From Calditrichia bacterium (GTDB lineage: Bacteria; Calditrichota; Calditrichia; JAJRVZ01), in the NCBI GenBank assembly GCA_963777955.1, contig CAVZSQ010000022.1:768001-832000 (forward strand): DNA of 64,000 nucleotides, read 5' to 3'. Of the stretch, positions 44,570 to 56,974 are shown piece by piece (the stretch's first letter is position 1; the number at the start of each line of letters is the position of its first letter). The notes under the pieces are model-generated. The model was not told the origin of the DNA. It worked only from the letters and a program-made list of their open reading frames with translations, and ran no database searches. Both the position numbers and the translations under genes were made by a program.

Positions 44570-44845
44570 ATGAGTGCAGAGATCCTTAAAGAACTGGAAA
44601 AATTACTGAAAGAATTTTCCGTCGAAATAAAGTATGGTAAAGGATACTTTGACGGCGGACTTTACCGTTACCGGGATAGTAGGTATATTTATTTGAATCG
44701 GGCAAATTCTGAGGAGTATAATATAGAAGTACTTTTAACGGAAATTAAAAAAATGGATTGGCAGAGTTTGGAATGTAATCCGGTCATCAAAGAGCTCCTG
44801 ACTAAATCTGATCAAAACTTGGAGGAACAAAGTAATGTCATTTAA
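44570..44845 (+). CDS. Hypothetical protein
   Basis: ORF in operon position (IKYGKGYFDGGLY...IYLN); no family recognised with certainty. Confidence 0.55.
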   Translation: MSAEILKELEKLLKEFSVEIKYGKGYFDGGLYRYRDSRYIYLNRANSEEYNIEVLLTEIKKMDWQSLECNPVIKELLTKSDQNLEEQSNVI

Positions 44846-45173
44846 AGATCGCAAGTCAACCCGTGCAGAATCGGATCAGTTTATTTCCTATCGTGCGTAT
44901 GATTCGAATAACAGGATTTGTGATGAGGGCATGGCGAAAACCAGAGATATCAGCCGGACAGGCGTGTCGGTGGAAAACAGAAAACCACTGGAAGTGGGCG
45001 CCAGAGTGGAACTTACCATCGCCCTGATTGAGGATGTCATAAAAACCGAAAGTGTGGTACGTAACGTTAAGAAAGCGGATGATCAAACGTATTATATCGG
45101 TTTGGAATTTACCAGGATCTCCGACGAAGAACTCGATAAACTGAGTAAAGAATTCCCAAATCTGATTGAATGA
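44835..45173 (+). CDS. PilZ-domain protein
   Basis: RxxxR (DRKSTR) and DISRTG motifs, YYIGLEF; SD GGAGG. Confidence 0.75.
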   Translation: MSFKDRKSTRAESDQFISYRAYDSNNRICDEGMAKTRDISRTGVSVENRKPLEVGARVELTIALIEDVIKTESVVRNVKKADDQTYYIGLEFTRISDEELDKLSKEFPNLIE

Positions 45174-47410
45174 AAATATATAAAACAGTCTGTGTATTTT
45201 TTTTATTAATCTTTTGTCACGCAGGTAATTCACAGACTTCGCTCACCTTGAGGGACCAGGGTTATTGCGGTACCCCCCAGCATCAGTTAAATACTGAAAA
45301 CCTTTCCAATCTATCGATTCGCACCAGCGGGCTGTCTGAACCCCAGCGTCATTACCTGCCGAAAAAATCCTACAACATCGGGGAAAGTGCCTTATTTTAT
45401 ACCTATAATTTTGTCGATGAAAAATATCAGCAGGTAAACGCCACCCTGCGCGGCAGTATGGATCGGCTTAATATCTGGGTGGAAGATGCGGAATGGAATA
45501 ACTTTCATGTAATAGCCAGCGATGTCCAGAATATTTTAAGCGGTTTGCTGGTACTCAACTCCTGCCGGCAGCATTTCTCCGGACGCTGGGCATCATTTAT
45601 ATCATCCATGAATATTTCGGTCAGCCGCCCGATTTTGATGGAGACGGCTACACTGATTTTCTGATCACCGATATTAAAGAAGGCTGGACTGAAGGGGAAG
45701 CCTTCGTGGCCGGGTATTTTAATCCGGTAGATCAATATCTCAATGGTACGGTAATCGCTAATGGCCGGATCTCCGGATCAAATGAACGCGATATACTTTA
45801 TATCGACTCGAATCCCGGAATTTTCGCCCAGAGCGACGATCCTTATCAACAGGTCCTGGCTACCATGACACACGAGTACCAGCATCTGATCGAGTACAGG
45901 TACGATCGCGACGAAGAAACCTGGGTGAATGAGGGACTTTCTGAGTTATCCAGTTTTTTGTGCGGGTATGAATTACGCAATCCTTCGGCCTATCTGCTGG
46001 ATCCCGGCATCGATTTGACCGCCTGGGATAATTCACTTGACCAGGCCTTAAAACATTATGCTAAAGTGGCCTTGTGGACATATTATCTGTATGAAAAACT
46101 GGGCGGACCTTTAATCGGAGCACTTGCCCGGACGCCGGCAAAAGGGATTGCCGGAATCAACAGCGCTTTGCTGCAACAGGCATTTACCATTTCTTTTTCC
46201 CAGTTATTGCCGGATTTCTTCATGGCCATTACCCTGAATGACGCTTCTGCTAATCCCTTATATGGATTCAATTATGAGCGTCTGCTTGATTTAACTGCGG
46301 TTCCGCTGAAAACCGTAGTTGATTATCCTGCAGATATATCCCAGGTTCAACCACCTTATTCACTGCAATTATATTCCCTGGAAAACGGTGATTCATTACA
46401 GGTTCAATTCTTTTCTTTACCTGCCAACAACGTGCGCTTTATGCTGAAAAAGGATAACAGCGGTGGAAGTTACCCTGGCAGATCTAGGCGGAAATAATTA
46501 CCAGGATCCCCAGTTCGGTACAATCTGGCAGCAAGAAAAGATGATGATCATAAATAACAGCGCCAGCAGTGCGGTATCAGCCTTCAATGCACTGGCCGGT
46601 CAAAAATATTATGTAAACAGTCTTGGTTACAGTACAACTACCGCGGCCGACCTGAATATTATCTCCACCGCTACGATTCCCGCTAATCAATTTTCGGCAC
46701 CATATGATAGTTGTATTCTGAAATCGGTCAGTTTCAACAGCCTGCAATCGACCGGACCGGTACGCCTACACGTCTACCTGCAGCAATTACAGGAAGGAAA
46801 TGATCCTGCGGAAATCACGGCTGAATTCAGTAATGTTCTGGAAAGTGAATGGACTACACTCAATCTGGAACATCTGCAGATCAGTCGCGATAAGGGAGAA
46901 ACCTTCGACCTGGGAATTGAATTTTTAGAATACGGGGTCCTGGGCTATTCAAGAACGCCGGCAGGTCTGGACCGGTCGTTTCTTAAAAGAAGTTCAGATC
47001 CGGCATTTATGCTGCTGAGTAGTTTTGAAATTAATAACGAAACCCTGGATGGCATCTGGCTGATCAAAATGGAATACCAGGCCCCCCTGCATAACAAACC
47101 GGCCCGCACCGATGATAAAGTTCCCTACACGATTAACTTTTTGGGTCCGACTCCCTTCCCAACTCCCGGAAATCCTGCCATGCGCATTCAATACACCCTG
47201 GGAAAACCCGGGCAGGTCAAAATTGAAATATTTAATATTCTGGGTGAAGTGGTTAAAATAGTTTTCAACGGTTATGAACAGGGTCCGCTGGGAGTGCACT
47301 GGTGGGATGGCACAAATAACAATCAAAATCAAGCCGCCTCCGGACAATATTTTTTACGCTTCACCTTTAATAATCAGGGCGAAAGCCGGAAAATATTGAT
47401 TTTACGTTAA
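45170..47410 (+). CDS. Secreted zinc metallopeptidase (M30/hyicolysin-like) with FlgD-Ig/T9SS-type CTD (indels near 45550-45585 and 46460)
   Basis: FGQPPDFDGDG, AGYFNPVDQ, SNERDILYID, THEYQHLI, WVNEGLSE; C-terminus IEIFNILGE...WDGTNN...ASGQYFLR. Confidence 0.75.
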
Positions 47411-47570
47411 TAGATATTTAGTAAAATTTGATACAGGTCATATCTATTTTCTGCAAAGTAATATAGATTAGATTAAGCGGGCAAAATAACGTTCAGCGCC
47501 AAATATTCAATTTAAAAGTAATCAGGACTAATCAGGTGTCGAAAATAGTTTTAGATACCATCCAGTTAAA

Positions 47571-48062
47571 GTGAGGTTGCTAATGATAATCAGGTGGGAT
47601 TATTTAATAATTTTATTACTATTTTTTGGACTGGGGCTGCAGAATTGTTGTACCAGCCGCAATTCTTCACCGCCGCAACAGGACACGTCAACAACAGTCG
47701 CAGCACCTCCGGTTCTCCCACCGGCACCGGTCAATTTACCGCCGGGTGTAGCGCGAATCGTGGCTTTACCAATGTCTGTGGAACGTCAGGAATCTGCATC
47801 TTTTTGCATCCTGAGAGTCGAAAAGGTGGTGGGTTATGGGATGTCCACGCCGCTGGTAACGGTCGGATCGGAAATCCGGGTGGAAATGGGGATTGAACAG
47901 GATCAGCAGCAGATGGAACAATTCAATTCTGCCTTACAACAGAAATCTCCGGTAACACTGACCCTGCGCTCCTCAGCAGAAAAGGCTGCAGAAGTCAAAG
48001 GTTCAGGCTGGAAGGTTGTGGGCATCGATAAAACGTCAGTTACTAAATCACCAGAGGAATAA
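47571..48062 (+). CDS. Hypothetical lipoprotein
   Basis: Hydrophobic leader followed by Cys (LQNCC) and a Pro-rich linker. Confidence 0.5.
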   Translation: MRLLMIIRWDYLIILLLFFGLGLQNCCTSRNSSPPQQDTSTTVAAPPVLPPAPVNLPPGVARIVALPMSVERQESASFCILRVEKVVGYGMSTPLVTVGSEIRVEMGIEQDQQQMEQFNSALQQKSPVTLTLRSSAEKAAEVKGSGWKVVGIDKTSVTKSPEE

Positions 48063-48065
48063 AAA

Positions 48066-50872
48066 ATGTTACGCAAATGTGGATTCATTACTCTTACTAT
48101 ATTGCTTGTTTTATTGCTGGTAGTAATCAGGGTGGACCAGGGCGGGAAGAAAGCCGGTGGACCACCGGTTTTCCCCCGTGTCCGTTCGGTCGAATCACCC
48201 CATGCTTCCAAGGAAATGAAAGATTCCCGCTGGGCCTATTTTAAGCGCCTGTTACGTGATCCGGCTACAGGTGAGATTCCTGCAGATATCAGGCAGAAGG
48301 AACTGGAGTATGCACGTAGTTTACCTCATAGTTCTATGGCCCTGCGCAAAGGAATGAACGCTGCCAGTGTTACCTGGCAGGAAGCAGGTCCCAACGATGT
48401 CGGCGGCCGGACCAGGGCACTGGTTGTCGATGTGGCGAATTCCAATACGATCCTGGCCGGCGGCGTTTCCGGCGGGATCTGGAAATCCACGGATAACGGA
48501 ACGACCTGGGTCCTGAAAAACAGTCCGGCCCACAGTCTGAGTGTGACCTCCCTGGCACAGGATACCCGCACGGGATATACCAGTAACTGGTACTATGCCA
48601 CCGGAGAATTTGTAGGTAATTCTGCCAGTGATCGCGGTTATATGGCGGTATTCAGGGGTACAGGTATCTATAAATCTACAGATAATGGCGAGACCTGGAA
48701 TGTTTTACCAAATACTGAGACATTGCCGACTGGCTGGTATTCGGCTTATAATTATGTGACCAGGATTGTGGTCAGTCCCATTAACGGATATGTTTTTGCG
48801 GCCAGTAATGGACTGGGCATTTTCCGCTCGACAAACGGAGGCAGTAACTTCAGTCTTGTTCTGGGCGGAACAAATGATCACTATTATTGTGATGTGGTGG
48901 TGACCAGTACGGGAACTTTAGTAGGCAGTTTATCGGAGTTCGGATATAATCCTAGTGCCAAGGGCAGATCAACCGGGTATTTATAAATCGACTAATGATG
49001 GGACCGATTGGACACCAATTACGCCAACGACCTTCCCGGCTGCATCATGAACGGACTGTCCTGGCGACGGCTCCATCCGATCCTGATGTTGTTTATGCCC
49101 TGACCAACACCGGTGGATATGTGGGTGACGAAGAGGATATCCGGTTTCATAAAATAACGATTTCTACCGGCGCCTCGGCCGATCGTTCGGCTAATCTTCC
49201 TGATTATGGCGGTACGGGTAATTTTAATACGCAGGGAAATTATAATATGGTGGTGGCGGTTAAACCGGATGATCCTAATTTTGTCATTCTCGGTGTCACC
49301 AACCTGTTCCGTTCTACGGACGGTTTTGCTACTACCCCTGCCGATGAATACTACACCTGGATCGGCGGATATCACTGGGATGCTGATAAGTGGCAGTATC
49401 CCAACCAGCATGCCGATCAGCATGTTATCGCCTTCGATCCGACCGATCCCAAAAAAATGTGGTGCGGACACGATGGCGGACTCAGTTATACAACCGATAT
49501 CACCACCGTTTCCGACTCCGATACCGATTTTCCGTGGGTGGATAAAAATAAGGGTTATAATGTAACCCAGTTTTATACCGTTACGATACATGATGAAGCC
49601 GGAAATAACCAGTTGATGGGTGGAACCCAGGATAATGGAACGCCATTTTTTATCAGAACTACCACTACCACAGCTCTCGACTGATATAAGTACCGGCGAC
49701 GGTGCTTATGCTTATTTTGGAAACTCATATGCATATACTTCCTCCCAGTTAGGCCGGGTATTACGACTCAGTTATTACGGGAATGGTAATCCGCAAATTG
49801 CCTCTAACTGGAGTGATATCACTCCGCTCGACGCCGCCAATCAATTATTTATAAATCCTTTTGCGGTGGATCCGAACAATGAAGATTGTATGTATTATCT
49901 GACCCAGGCTGCTATCTGGCGTAATGATCAACTTGGCAGTATTCCAATGTACCAGAACGGCACATCTACGGGTTGGTTGCAATTATCCAATCTAACCGTT
50001 CCCGCCGGATATAGTATAACTACGCTGGCGAGTCTCGCGGCAGAATAGCGCCAGCGTACTGTATTACGGTGCGAGTCCGGACGCCAGTACTGATCCGGCC
50101 AGGATATACCGTCTTGAAAATGCTACGGCTGCTACTGATGGCGAAGTAGGTTATACTTTACCAGCATCATCCAATGGCGGGTATGTGCATCGTATCGCTA
50201 TAAATCCTGCGAATTCCAATGAAATTCTGGTGGTGTTATCGAATTATAAATTAGTCGGATTATATCATTCCAGCAATGGGGGACAGAGTTTTACCGCTGT
50301 TGAGGGAAATTTGGTGGGTACTGAGAGCAACGGTCCTTCGCTGCGCTCGGCTACGATTTTGCCCTTACCCGCCACGACGATTTATTTTTTAGGTACCAGT
50401 ACCGGCGTCTATTCCACCAATCTGTTGGACGGATCGTCTACCATCTGGAGTCAGGAAGGTGCAGATGAAATTGGCAATGTGGTGGTGGAAGATATCACTT
50501 CCCGTACTTCTGATTATAAAGTGGCAGCCGGAACTCATGGCCGGGGTATTTTTATCGCAACTTATAGTCCGGCAGAGGTCGGAGATGAAGATTCAAACGG
50601 GTTACCGGATGCTTTCCAAATGAGTCAGAATTATCCCAATCCGTTTAATCCGGCAACGACCATTGAATATGTGCTGCCCGCGGCACAGCATGTTGTTTTA
50701 AAAGTGTACGACATGCTGGGAAAGGAAGTCGATCAGATTATTAATTCCGCTGTACCGGCCGGCACACATAAAATTCAATATCAACCGCAATCTCTGGCTT
50801 CCGGTGTTTATGTTTACATGATTGACCGCTGGACCGTACCGGGCTGCGAAAAAATTTGTTTTAATACGGTAA
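48066..50872 (+). CDS. BNR/Asp-box beta-propeller (sialidase/VPS10-like) secreted protein with T9SS-type CTD (several indels)
   Basis: GPNDVGGRTRAL, repeated S.DNG.TW Asp boxes, HADQH, GGTQDNGT, GTHGRG; QNYPNPFNPAT...LASGVYVY, corrected end AAKKFVLIR with TAA at 50870-50872. Confidence 0.8.
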
Positions 50873-50879
50873 ATTTAAT

Positions 50880-50912
50880 CCACCTCCGAGGTTCTGATAA
50901 CCTCGGAGGTGG
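50880..50912. terminator. Perfect 14-bp inverted repeat between convergent genes (bidirectional terminator or REP-like)
   Basis: CCACCTCCGAGGTT-ctgat-AACCTCGGAGGTGG. Confidence 0.7.
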
Positions 50913-50920
50913 TTTGAATT

Positions 50921-53900
50921 TTATCGTTGCGGATACGGTGGAACCGGCGGGATTGTTTTTTCTGTTGGTTTTCAATTCTGTCAATAATCACTTCAATCAG
51001 CTTTATTCAATTGTTGATCGATGCCGGCAAATTCCTGAGCCGGATCATTGTCGACGTAAATATCCGGTTCAACCCCGACACCTTCGATGATCCAACTTTT
51101 ACCATCGGCGCCGAAAGGAGCAAACTCCGGTTTATATAAATACCCGCCGTCCAGCAAAGGTAAGGTTCCGCGAATTCCTACCACACCGCCCCAGGTGCGC
51201 TTACCAATCACCTGGCCCAATTTATATTGTTTAAAGCGATAGGTCACGATATCGCCGTCAGAGGCCGAGAATTCATCGGCCAACATTACCTGGGGGCCAT
51301 ATAACATTCCTCCCGGATCGGTGCCGGGAGCCGTATTTCGGGCAAATTCGAACATAACGAGTTCACGGCGCAATCGTTCAATAATCATCGCTGATACACT
51401 GCCGCCGCCATTACCCCGGACATCGATAATCAAAGCCTTCTTGCGCAGCTGGGGATAATAATGTTTAACAAATTCATTTAATCCACCCACACCCATATCT
51501 GGAATATGGATGTACCCGACTTTGCCGGCACTGGCCAGGTTGACCTTTTCGATATTAGCCTGCACCCAGTCATAGTAATACAGATCACTTTCATCAGCGA
51601 CAGGCTCGACGAGCACTTCCCTGGCTCCCTCAGTTTTGGGTGCTGAATTCAGGGTTAAGCTTACCTGTTTTCCGGCAGTATTAATCAGCACGGAATAGAT
51701 GTTGGTCAGAGTATTGGTCAGCTGGCCATTGATGCTGATTATATAATCTCCTGCCCGGGCATTGACTCCGATGGCGGTTAAAGGTGAACGTAAGGCTTTG
51801 TCCCAATTCTGGCCGGCCAGGATTTTCTCGATTCGATAAAATCCGCTGGTTGCATCCCTGCTCAATACGGCACCCAGCAGACCGGTTTTGATTTTCCTGG
51901 GTTCCGGTTTATCCCCGCCGCCTACGTAGGTATGACCGGTACTCAGTTCACCGATCATTTCGCCGATCAGGTAGGTCAGGTCGGCACGATGATTGACATA
52001 ATTTACCAATGGTTGATACTTATTATATACTCCGGTCCAATCTAGGCCATGCATATTCGGAGCATAATAGAATTCCCGCATCTGGCGCCATGATTCTTTG
52101 AAGATCTGCTGCCATTCTTTTTTATGGTCCAGTTCTATTTCCAGGGCCGAGAGATTCAGAGATTCCTTTATTTCAATTTTTGCTTTGGGTAAATCGATAA
52201 TGCTGTATTTATTCTCCGCTCCCACCAGCATTTTTTTCTGATCGGCAGATATTTCATATCCGTTGAATTGGCCCAGTTCAGTCTCTTTCTGTTCTTTCAG
52301 ATCATATAAGAATAATAAGGATTTTTCATCCTTGCTGCTACGGCGCAGATAATACAAGGCATCACCGGCCGAACCCAGGTTATTATAATCTGCTGACTGT
52401 ATCGGCAGATCGGCGATGCGGGTGACAATGCCATCGAAATCAATTTTTACCACTGTTTCTTTTTTAACCTTGTCTTCAGCATCATCTTTTTTATCAGCAG
52501 CTGTTTTAGATTCTGTTTTGGTCAATTCGACTTCATCGCTTTTCAATTTAAACGGTGATTCGATATCTTTGGCCAGGGTCAGCAGATAGATACGGGACAT
52601 GTCCAGGTAGGCATGATTATATTCAGTCTGGCTGAAGACAGGTTTGAAGTCGCGATCAGAGCTGAAGAAAATATATTTCCCGTCGGAACTGAAAATGGGA
52701 TTTGCTGAACTATACCAGCCTTCGGTAACGGGCAGAGATTTTTTCGATTCCAGAGAATAAATATAAATGCGGTTCATTACTTCCAATTCCGGTTTGGTAT
52801 ACGTGATCCATTTACTATCCGGCGACCAGTTATAATTACTGAATTCCCAGGCCTCAGCCTGGTCGACTTCACTGATAGCGGAAGTAGATATATCAATATA
52901 GCGGAGACGCAGACGTTTATCGGCCCAGAGTATTTTTTTGCTGTCGGGTGACCAATAGATCTGGTACAGGTAGGTCTCATTATTTTTGGTGATCTGGCGG
53001 GCTGGAGTTTTACCGTCCTGCGCCTGGATAGAGATCTGATCTTCGCCGCTGGCATCGGAAATGAACGCGATCCATTTTCCATCTGGTGACCACTTGGAAT
53101 TGCGTTCGTGTACGGCGGGGCTGGCGGTAATATTACGGGTAACGCCGGTTTTAACGGGTACGGTGAATATTTCACCGCGGGCGCCAAAGAGGGCTCTCTT
53201 GCCATCGGGTGAAATTTCGTAATTGCTTATTTTATCGGCAACCGCTACGATCACGCTCCGGCCGGTCGACAGGTCTTCCCTCAGATATACCGGTACCTTT
53301 GCCGTCAGTTCGGTAGCCAGATCAAAACGGTAGATATATCCTCCGTTTTCAAAAACGATGGCCTGGTCACCCAGGGAGGGAAACTTTATGTCATAATCCG
53401 CAAAGGCGGTTAAAACACGGGTCTGCTTGTTGTTAAGATCGTAAACATAGAGATTCATCCGTTTGTTTTCATCACGGTCGGATAAGAAATATATTTTATC
53501 TCCCTGCCACATGGGAATAATATCCGAGGCAGGATTAGTGGTGATGTTTTCAATTTTTTTTGTATCAAAATCATAAATCCAGATGTCATCGGCCATACCG
53601 CCACGGTAGCGTTTCCAGGTCCGAAATTCTCGGAAGATCCGGTTATAAGCCATTTTTTTGTCGTCAGGTGAAAAAGTGCAGAATCCGCCCCGCGGCAACG
53701 GCAATTGCTGCGCCAGGCCACCCTCTTTGGCCACGGAAAATAGAGCGCCGTTAAAATCATTATAGGAGTACATGCGGGAACGGAAAACAATCGATTGGTT
53801 ATCATTTTTCCAGGCCATGACGATATTATTGGGTCCCATCCGGTCGGAAACATCGTCCCGGCCCAGGGTGGCAGTAAAAGTCAACCGCTGCGGAACGCCG

Positions 53901-54181
53901 CCTTCGGCCGGAATTAAATACACCTCGGTATTACCGTCATATTGCCCGGTAAAAGCAATATGTTTTCCGTCCGGTGAAAAACGGGCGAACATTTCGAATC
54001 CTTCATGACTGGTCAATTTGCGGGCCACACCACCGGTAGCGGGCACTGTATATAAATCACCGGCATAGGTGAATACCAGTTGATTGCCATGAATAGCAGG
54101 GAAGCGCAACAGGCCTGTTTCGTTCTGCGCGTTAAGTGCGCTAATGAGCATTAAAACCAACAGCAGATAGATGGACTTCAT
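50921..54181 (-). CDS. Tricorn protease homolog (S41B) with PD40 propellers and PDZ; indels in the last ~80 nt
   Basis: LLRFPAIHG, WKRYRGG, VGYIHIPDMG, IIDVRGNGGG, SASDGD, GKRTWGGVVG, EGVGVEPD; corrected tail IPPVPPYPQR; SD GGAGG before ATG 54181. Confidence 0.93.
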
Positions 54182-55515
54182 ACAACCTCCTTTATGGTGT
54201 TCCATATTTGCGGTAACCAGTGCAGATGTTCCGGTTTCATCAGGCAGGAACGCAGGCAGGTTACCAGGCCCTGGTTCATCTGAACATCCGGCCAGTGTGC
54301 AGCGAGCAGTGCTGCCGGGAAATTAACCAGGGCTAGATGCAAATTTTTTTTCGCTGCTTTTTGAAAGCACAACCGCGAGCGCTCGGAAATTTCAGCTGCA
54401 GTGGCAGCCCGCGGAGCCCAGACTACTATATCCAGTTCCGGCTCGAACAGGGTTAAAAAACGACGGTCACTTTTCAGGAACTTGAATAATTTTAAGGCAG
54501 CTTCCCGTCCTTTGGCCAGATTGGCGGCAAATTCACCCCCCTTAACCAGCGGGAATAATCGCTGGGTGGCCCACAGAGCAACAGCCGCTGCCCCCGGCCG
54601 CGAACATTCCAGAGAGATTTCACCCAGATGCAGTTCAGCCGAGCTGAAATAGGTATAAGGTGAATCATGTTTATAAAATACCCCGACATCGGGATTTCTG
54701 AACAATACGCAACCGGCGCCATAAGGTTGCAGGCCATGTTTATGCGGATCGATGACCAGAGAATCGACCTGGTTCAATACATCAAAAATGGCCCGGGAAT
54801 CATTGCGCAGGTTTTCGACTAAACTAAAATAACCGCCATAAGCTGCGTCGGCATGCAGATTAAAATTATATTTCTTTTTGAGTTTCAGAATTTCCGGCAG
54901 CGGATCAAGCGAACCGGTAGCGGTGGTACCAATGGTGGCCACTACTGTGCCGATTTCTCCGCTTTTTAACAGTTTTTCCAGCTCGGGTAGATCCATTTTC
55001 ATCCGGGCATCACATGGCACCGGCTGGAATGGCAACTGCAGCACTTCACTGATCCGCTGATGGGTATAGTGTGCCTGTGTGGAGGCCGCGATCTTTTTGG
55101 CTGGATTAAGTTTTCCAGCAACCCATAATGCTTCCAGGTTGGCCATTGTACCGCCGCTACACAAGTGTCCCAGGTGCACGCTCCAACCAACCAGCCCGGC
55201 CAGACCGGCCACTGCTTCCCTTTCCATGGCTGAACTGGCCCGGCCGCCATCCAGGGCATGGTTATTGGGATTAATCCACATCGCCAGCATATAGGCCAAC
55301 CTGGCGATGGGGTGAGGCGGTTTCAGCATCTGGCCGGCATAGCAGGGATGATGATACGGAAAATTATCCTGCAGGCGTTCGGCAACTTCCATTAGAACGG
55401 CCAGCATGGCTTTCTGATCAAGTTCAGATTCCAGATCCGGTAAACCGCTGAAGCCCTGTTCCATTTTTTCCAGTGCCTTAATTAACAGCGGCATGCTTTC
55501 TTTTTCAAACTTCAT
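54178..55515 (-). CDS. Group II PLP-dependent amino-acid decarboxylase
   Basis: SGGTMANLEAL, VATIGTTATGSLDP, HADAAYGG, DPHKHG. Confidence 0.88.
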   Translation of the reverse strand: MKFEKESMPLLIKALEKMEQGFSGLPDLESELDQKAMLAVLMEVAERLQDNFPYHHPCYAGQMLKPPHPIARLAYMLAMWINPNNHALDGGRASSAMEREAVAGLAGLVGWSVHLGHLCSGGTMANLEALWVAGKLNPAKKIAASTQAHYTHQRISEVLQLPFQPVPCDARMKMDLPELEKLLKSGEIGTVVATIGTTATGSLDPLPEILKLKKKYNFNLHADAAYGGYFSLVENLRNDSRAIFDVLNQVDSLVIDPHKHGLQPYGAGCVLFRNPDVGVFYKHDSPYTYFSSAELHLGEISLECSRPGAAAVALWATQRLFPLVKGGEFAANLAKGREAALKLFKFLKSDRRFLTLFEPELDIVVWAPRAATAAEISERSRLCFQKAAKKNLHLALVNFPAALLAAHWPDVQMNQGLVTCLRSCLMKPEHLHWLPQIWNTIKEVV

Positions 55516-55660
55516 ATATACTCCCCGAAAATTTCAAATGCAGCTGAATTTAAATTGAAAAATAATTCAGTAATAATATTTTTAATACACGACCCTGATT
55601 TTTCTTTCATCGTCAGGCAAATTACATTAATATTAAATAGAAATAAATTATAAAGAGTAT

Positions 55661-56788
55661 ATGACAAACCTCCTGGAAAAAATAATCTCGCTCCATTCCC
55701 AGATTAATACTCCGGCTCTGGTCCTGGATCTGGAACGGATGCAGTTGAATATCCGCAGCATGCAGCAACTGGCTGATGCGCATAAAAAGCAACTGCGGCC
55801 GCATATTAAAACACACAAGTCGGTTTTGATTGCCAGGCAACAACTGAGTATGGGAGCAACAGGAATTACGGCAGCTAAAGTCGGTGAAGCGGAGGTCATG
55901 GCCGAAGGGCAGGTCGACGATATTTTTATCGCCAATCAGATTACCCATCCCCGCAAATTACGAAAACTGCGGCAGTTGCATGATGCTGTTGATCTGTCGG
56001 TAGGACTCGATCATCAGCAGCAGGTTGAGCTGTATGCGGCGCATTTTACCGATGCCGACCGTCCGCTGAAGGTGCTGATCGAGATAGATTGCGGCTTGCA
56101 CCGCTGCGGAGTCGGCCTCGGCGCTGACCTGGTCAATTTAGCCCGTTCTGTTCAGACCCGGCAGGGTCTATACCTGCAGGGTATCTTCACGCATGCCGGG
56201 CAGGTTTACGCGGCCACGAGCGGGGAAGAAATTGCGGCCATTGCGGAACAGGAAGGTAAATTAATGGAAGAGGCAGTTCAACTATTGCAGAAGAATCATA
56301 TCAGTATCAAGACGGTAAGTGTAGGTTCAACTCCCACCGCAGAACATGTCGCTAAGAATCCTGCCGTAACCGAAATACGTCCCGGAAATTATGTTTTTTA
56401 TGATGCTATTCAACTGGCCCTGGGTACCTGTCAACTGGATAATTGTGCTCTGTTCGTACTTTCAACCGTTATATCACAACCTGACTCGCAGCGGATTGTC
56501 ATTGATGCCGGCAGTAAAGCGCTGCATCTGGATCAGGGTGCTCATGCCACTAAAATATTAACTGGTTTTGGGATCCCGCTCAATCTGGATGGAACCATAA
56601 TCCGGGTCTCGGAGGAACATGGCATAATCCAATTGAAAAATCCGCAACAGATTACCCTGGGAAGTCCGGTGATCGTTTTACCCAATCATGCCTGCGCTGT
56701 GGTGAATCTGTATGATTATTATTATTTACTGGATGGGGAGGGTGGTTTTGAGTTAGTGAATATCGATGCCAGGGGCAAGAGTCAATAG
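55661..56788 (+). CDS. Alanine-racemase-fold PLP enzyme (D-threonine aldolase / D-serine dehydratase DSD1 family)
   Basis: TPALVLD, LRPHIKTHK, GSTPT, EIRPGNYVFYD, DAGSKAL, SEEHG, PNHAC. Confidence 0.9.
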   Translation: MTNLLEKIISLHSQINTPALVLDLERMQLNIRSMQQLADAHKKQLRPHIKTHKSVLIARQQLSMGATGITAAKVGEAEVMAEGQVDDIFIANQITHPRKLRKLRQLHDAVDLSVGLDHQQQVELYAAHFTDADRPLKVLIEIDCGLHRCGVGLGADLVNLARSVQTRQGLYLQGIFTHAGQVYAATSGEEIAAIAEQEGKLMEEAVQLLQKNHISIKTVSVGSTPTAEHVAKNPAVTEIRPGNYVFYDAIQLALGTCQLDNCALFVLSTVISQPDSQRIVIDAGSKALHLDQGAHATKILTGFGIPLNLDGTIIRVSEEHGIIQLKNPQQITLGSPVIVLPNHACAVVNLYDYYYLLDGEGGFELVNIDARGKSQ

Positions 56789-56860
56789 CAGAGGGACAAA
56801 GAGACAAAGGGACAGAGAGACAAAGGAAGGCACTTAGGTACTAGGGTACTCAGGCACTGA
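56789..56860 (+). repeat. Tandem 8-bp repeats: 5 x CA(A/G)AG(A/G)GA-like, then 4 x GG(C/T)ACT-nn
   Basis: cagaggga caaagaga caaaggga cagagaga caaaggaa ggcactta ggtactag ggtactca ggcactga. Confidence 0.85.
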
Positions 56861-56974
56861 GTAAAAAGTGGGTTACTTTAGTAGGAAAAGGTTGTGATCT
56901 ATCCCTACTGTAGCGGCAGATGGGAAAATAATTTTTATTAAAATGGAACTTTTTTTAAAAAAGGATGGTATTAT

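Noticed and set aside
50825..51139. C-terminal extension of ORF 50185..51090 and ORF 50927..51139
   Set aside because: Produced by an insertion near 50825; the corrected CTD ends at 50872 and the rest is antisense to the tricorn gene
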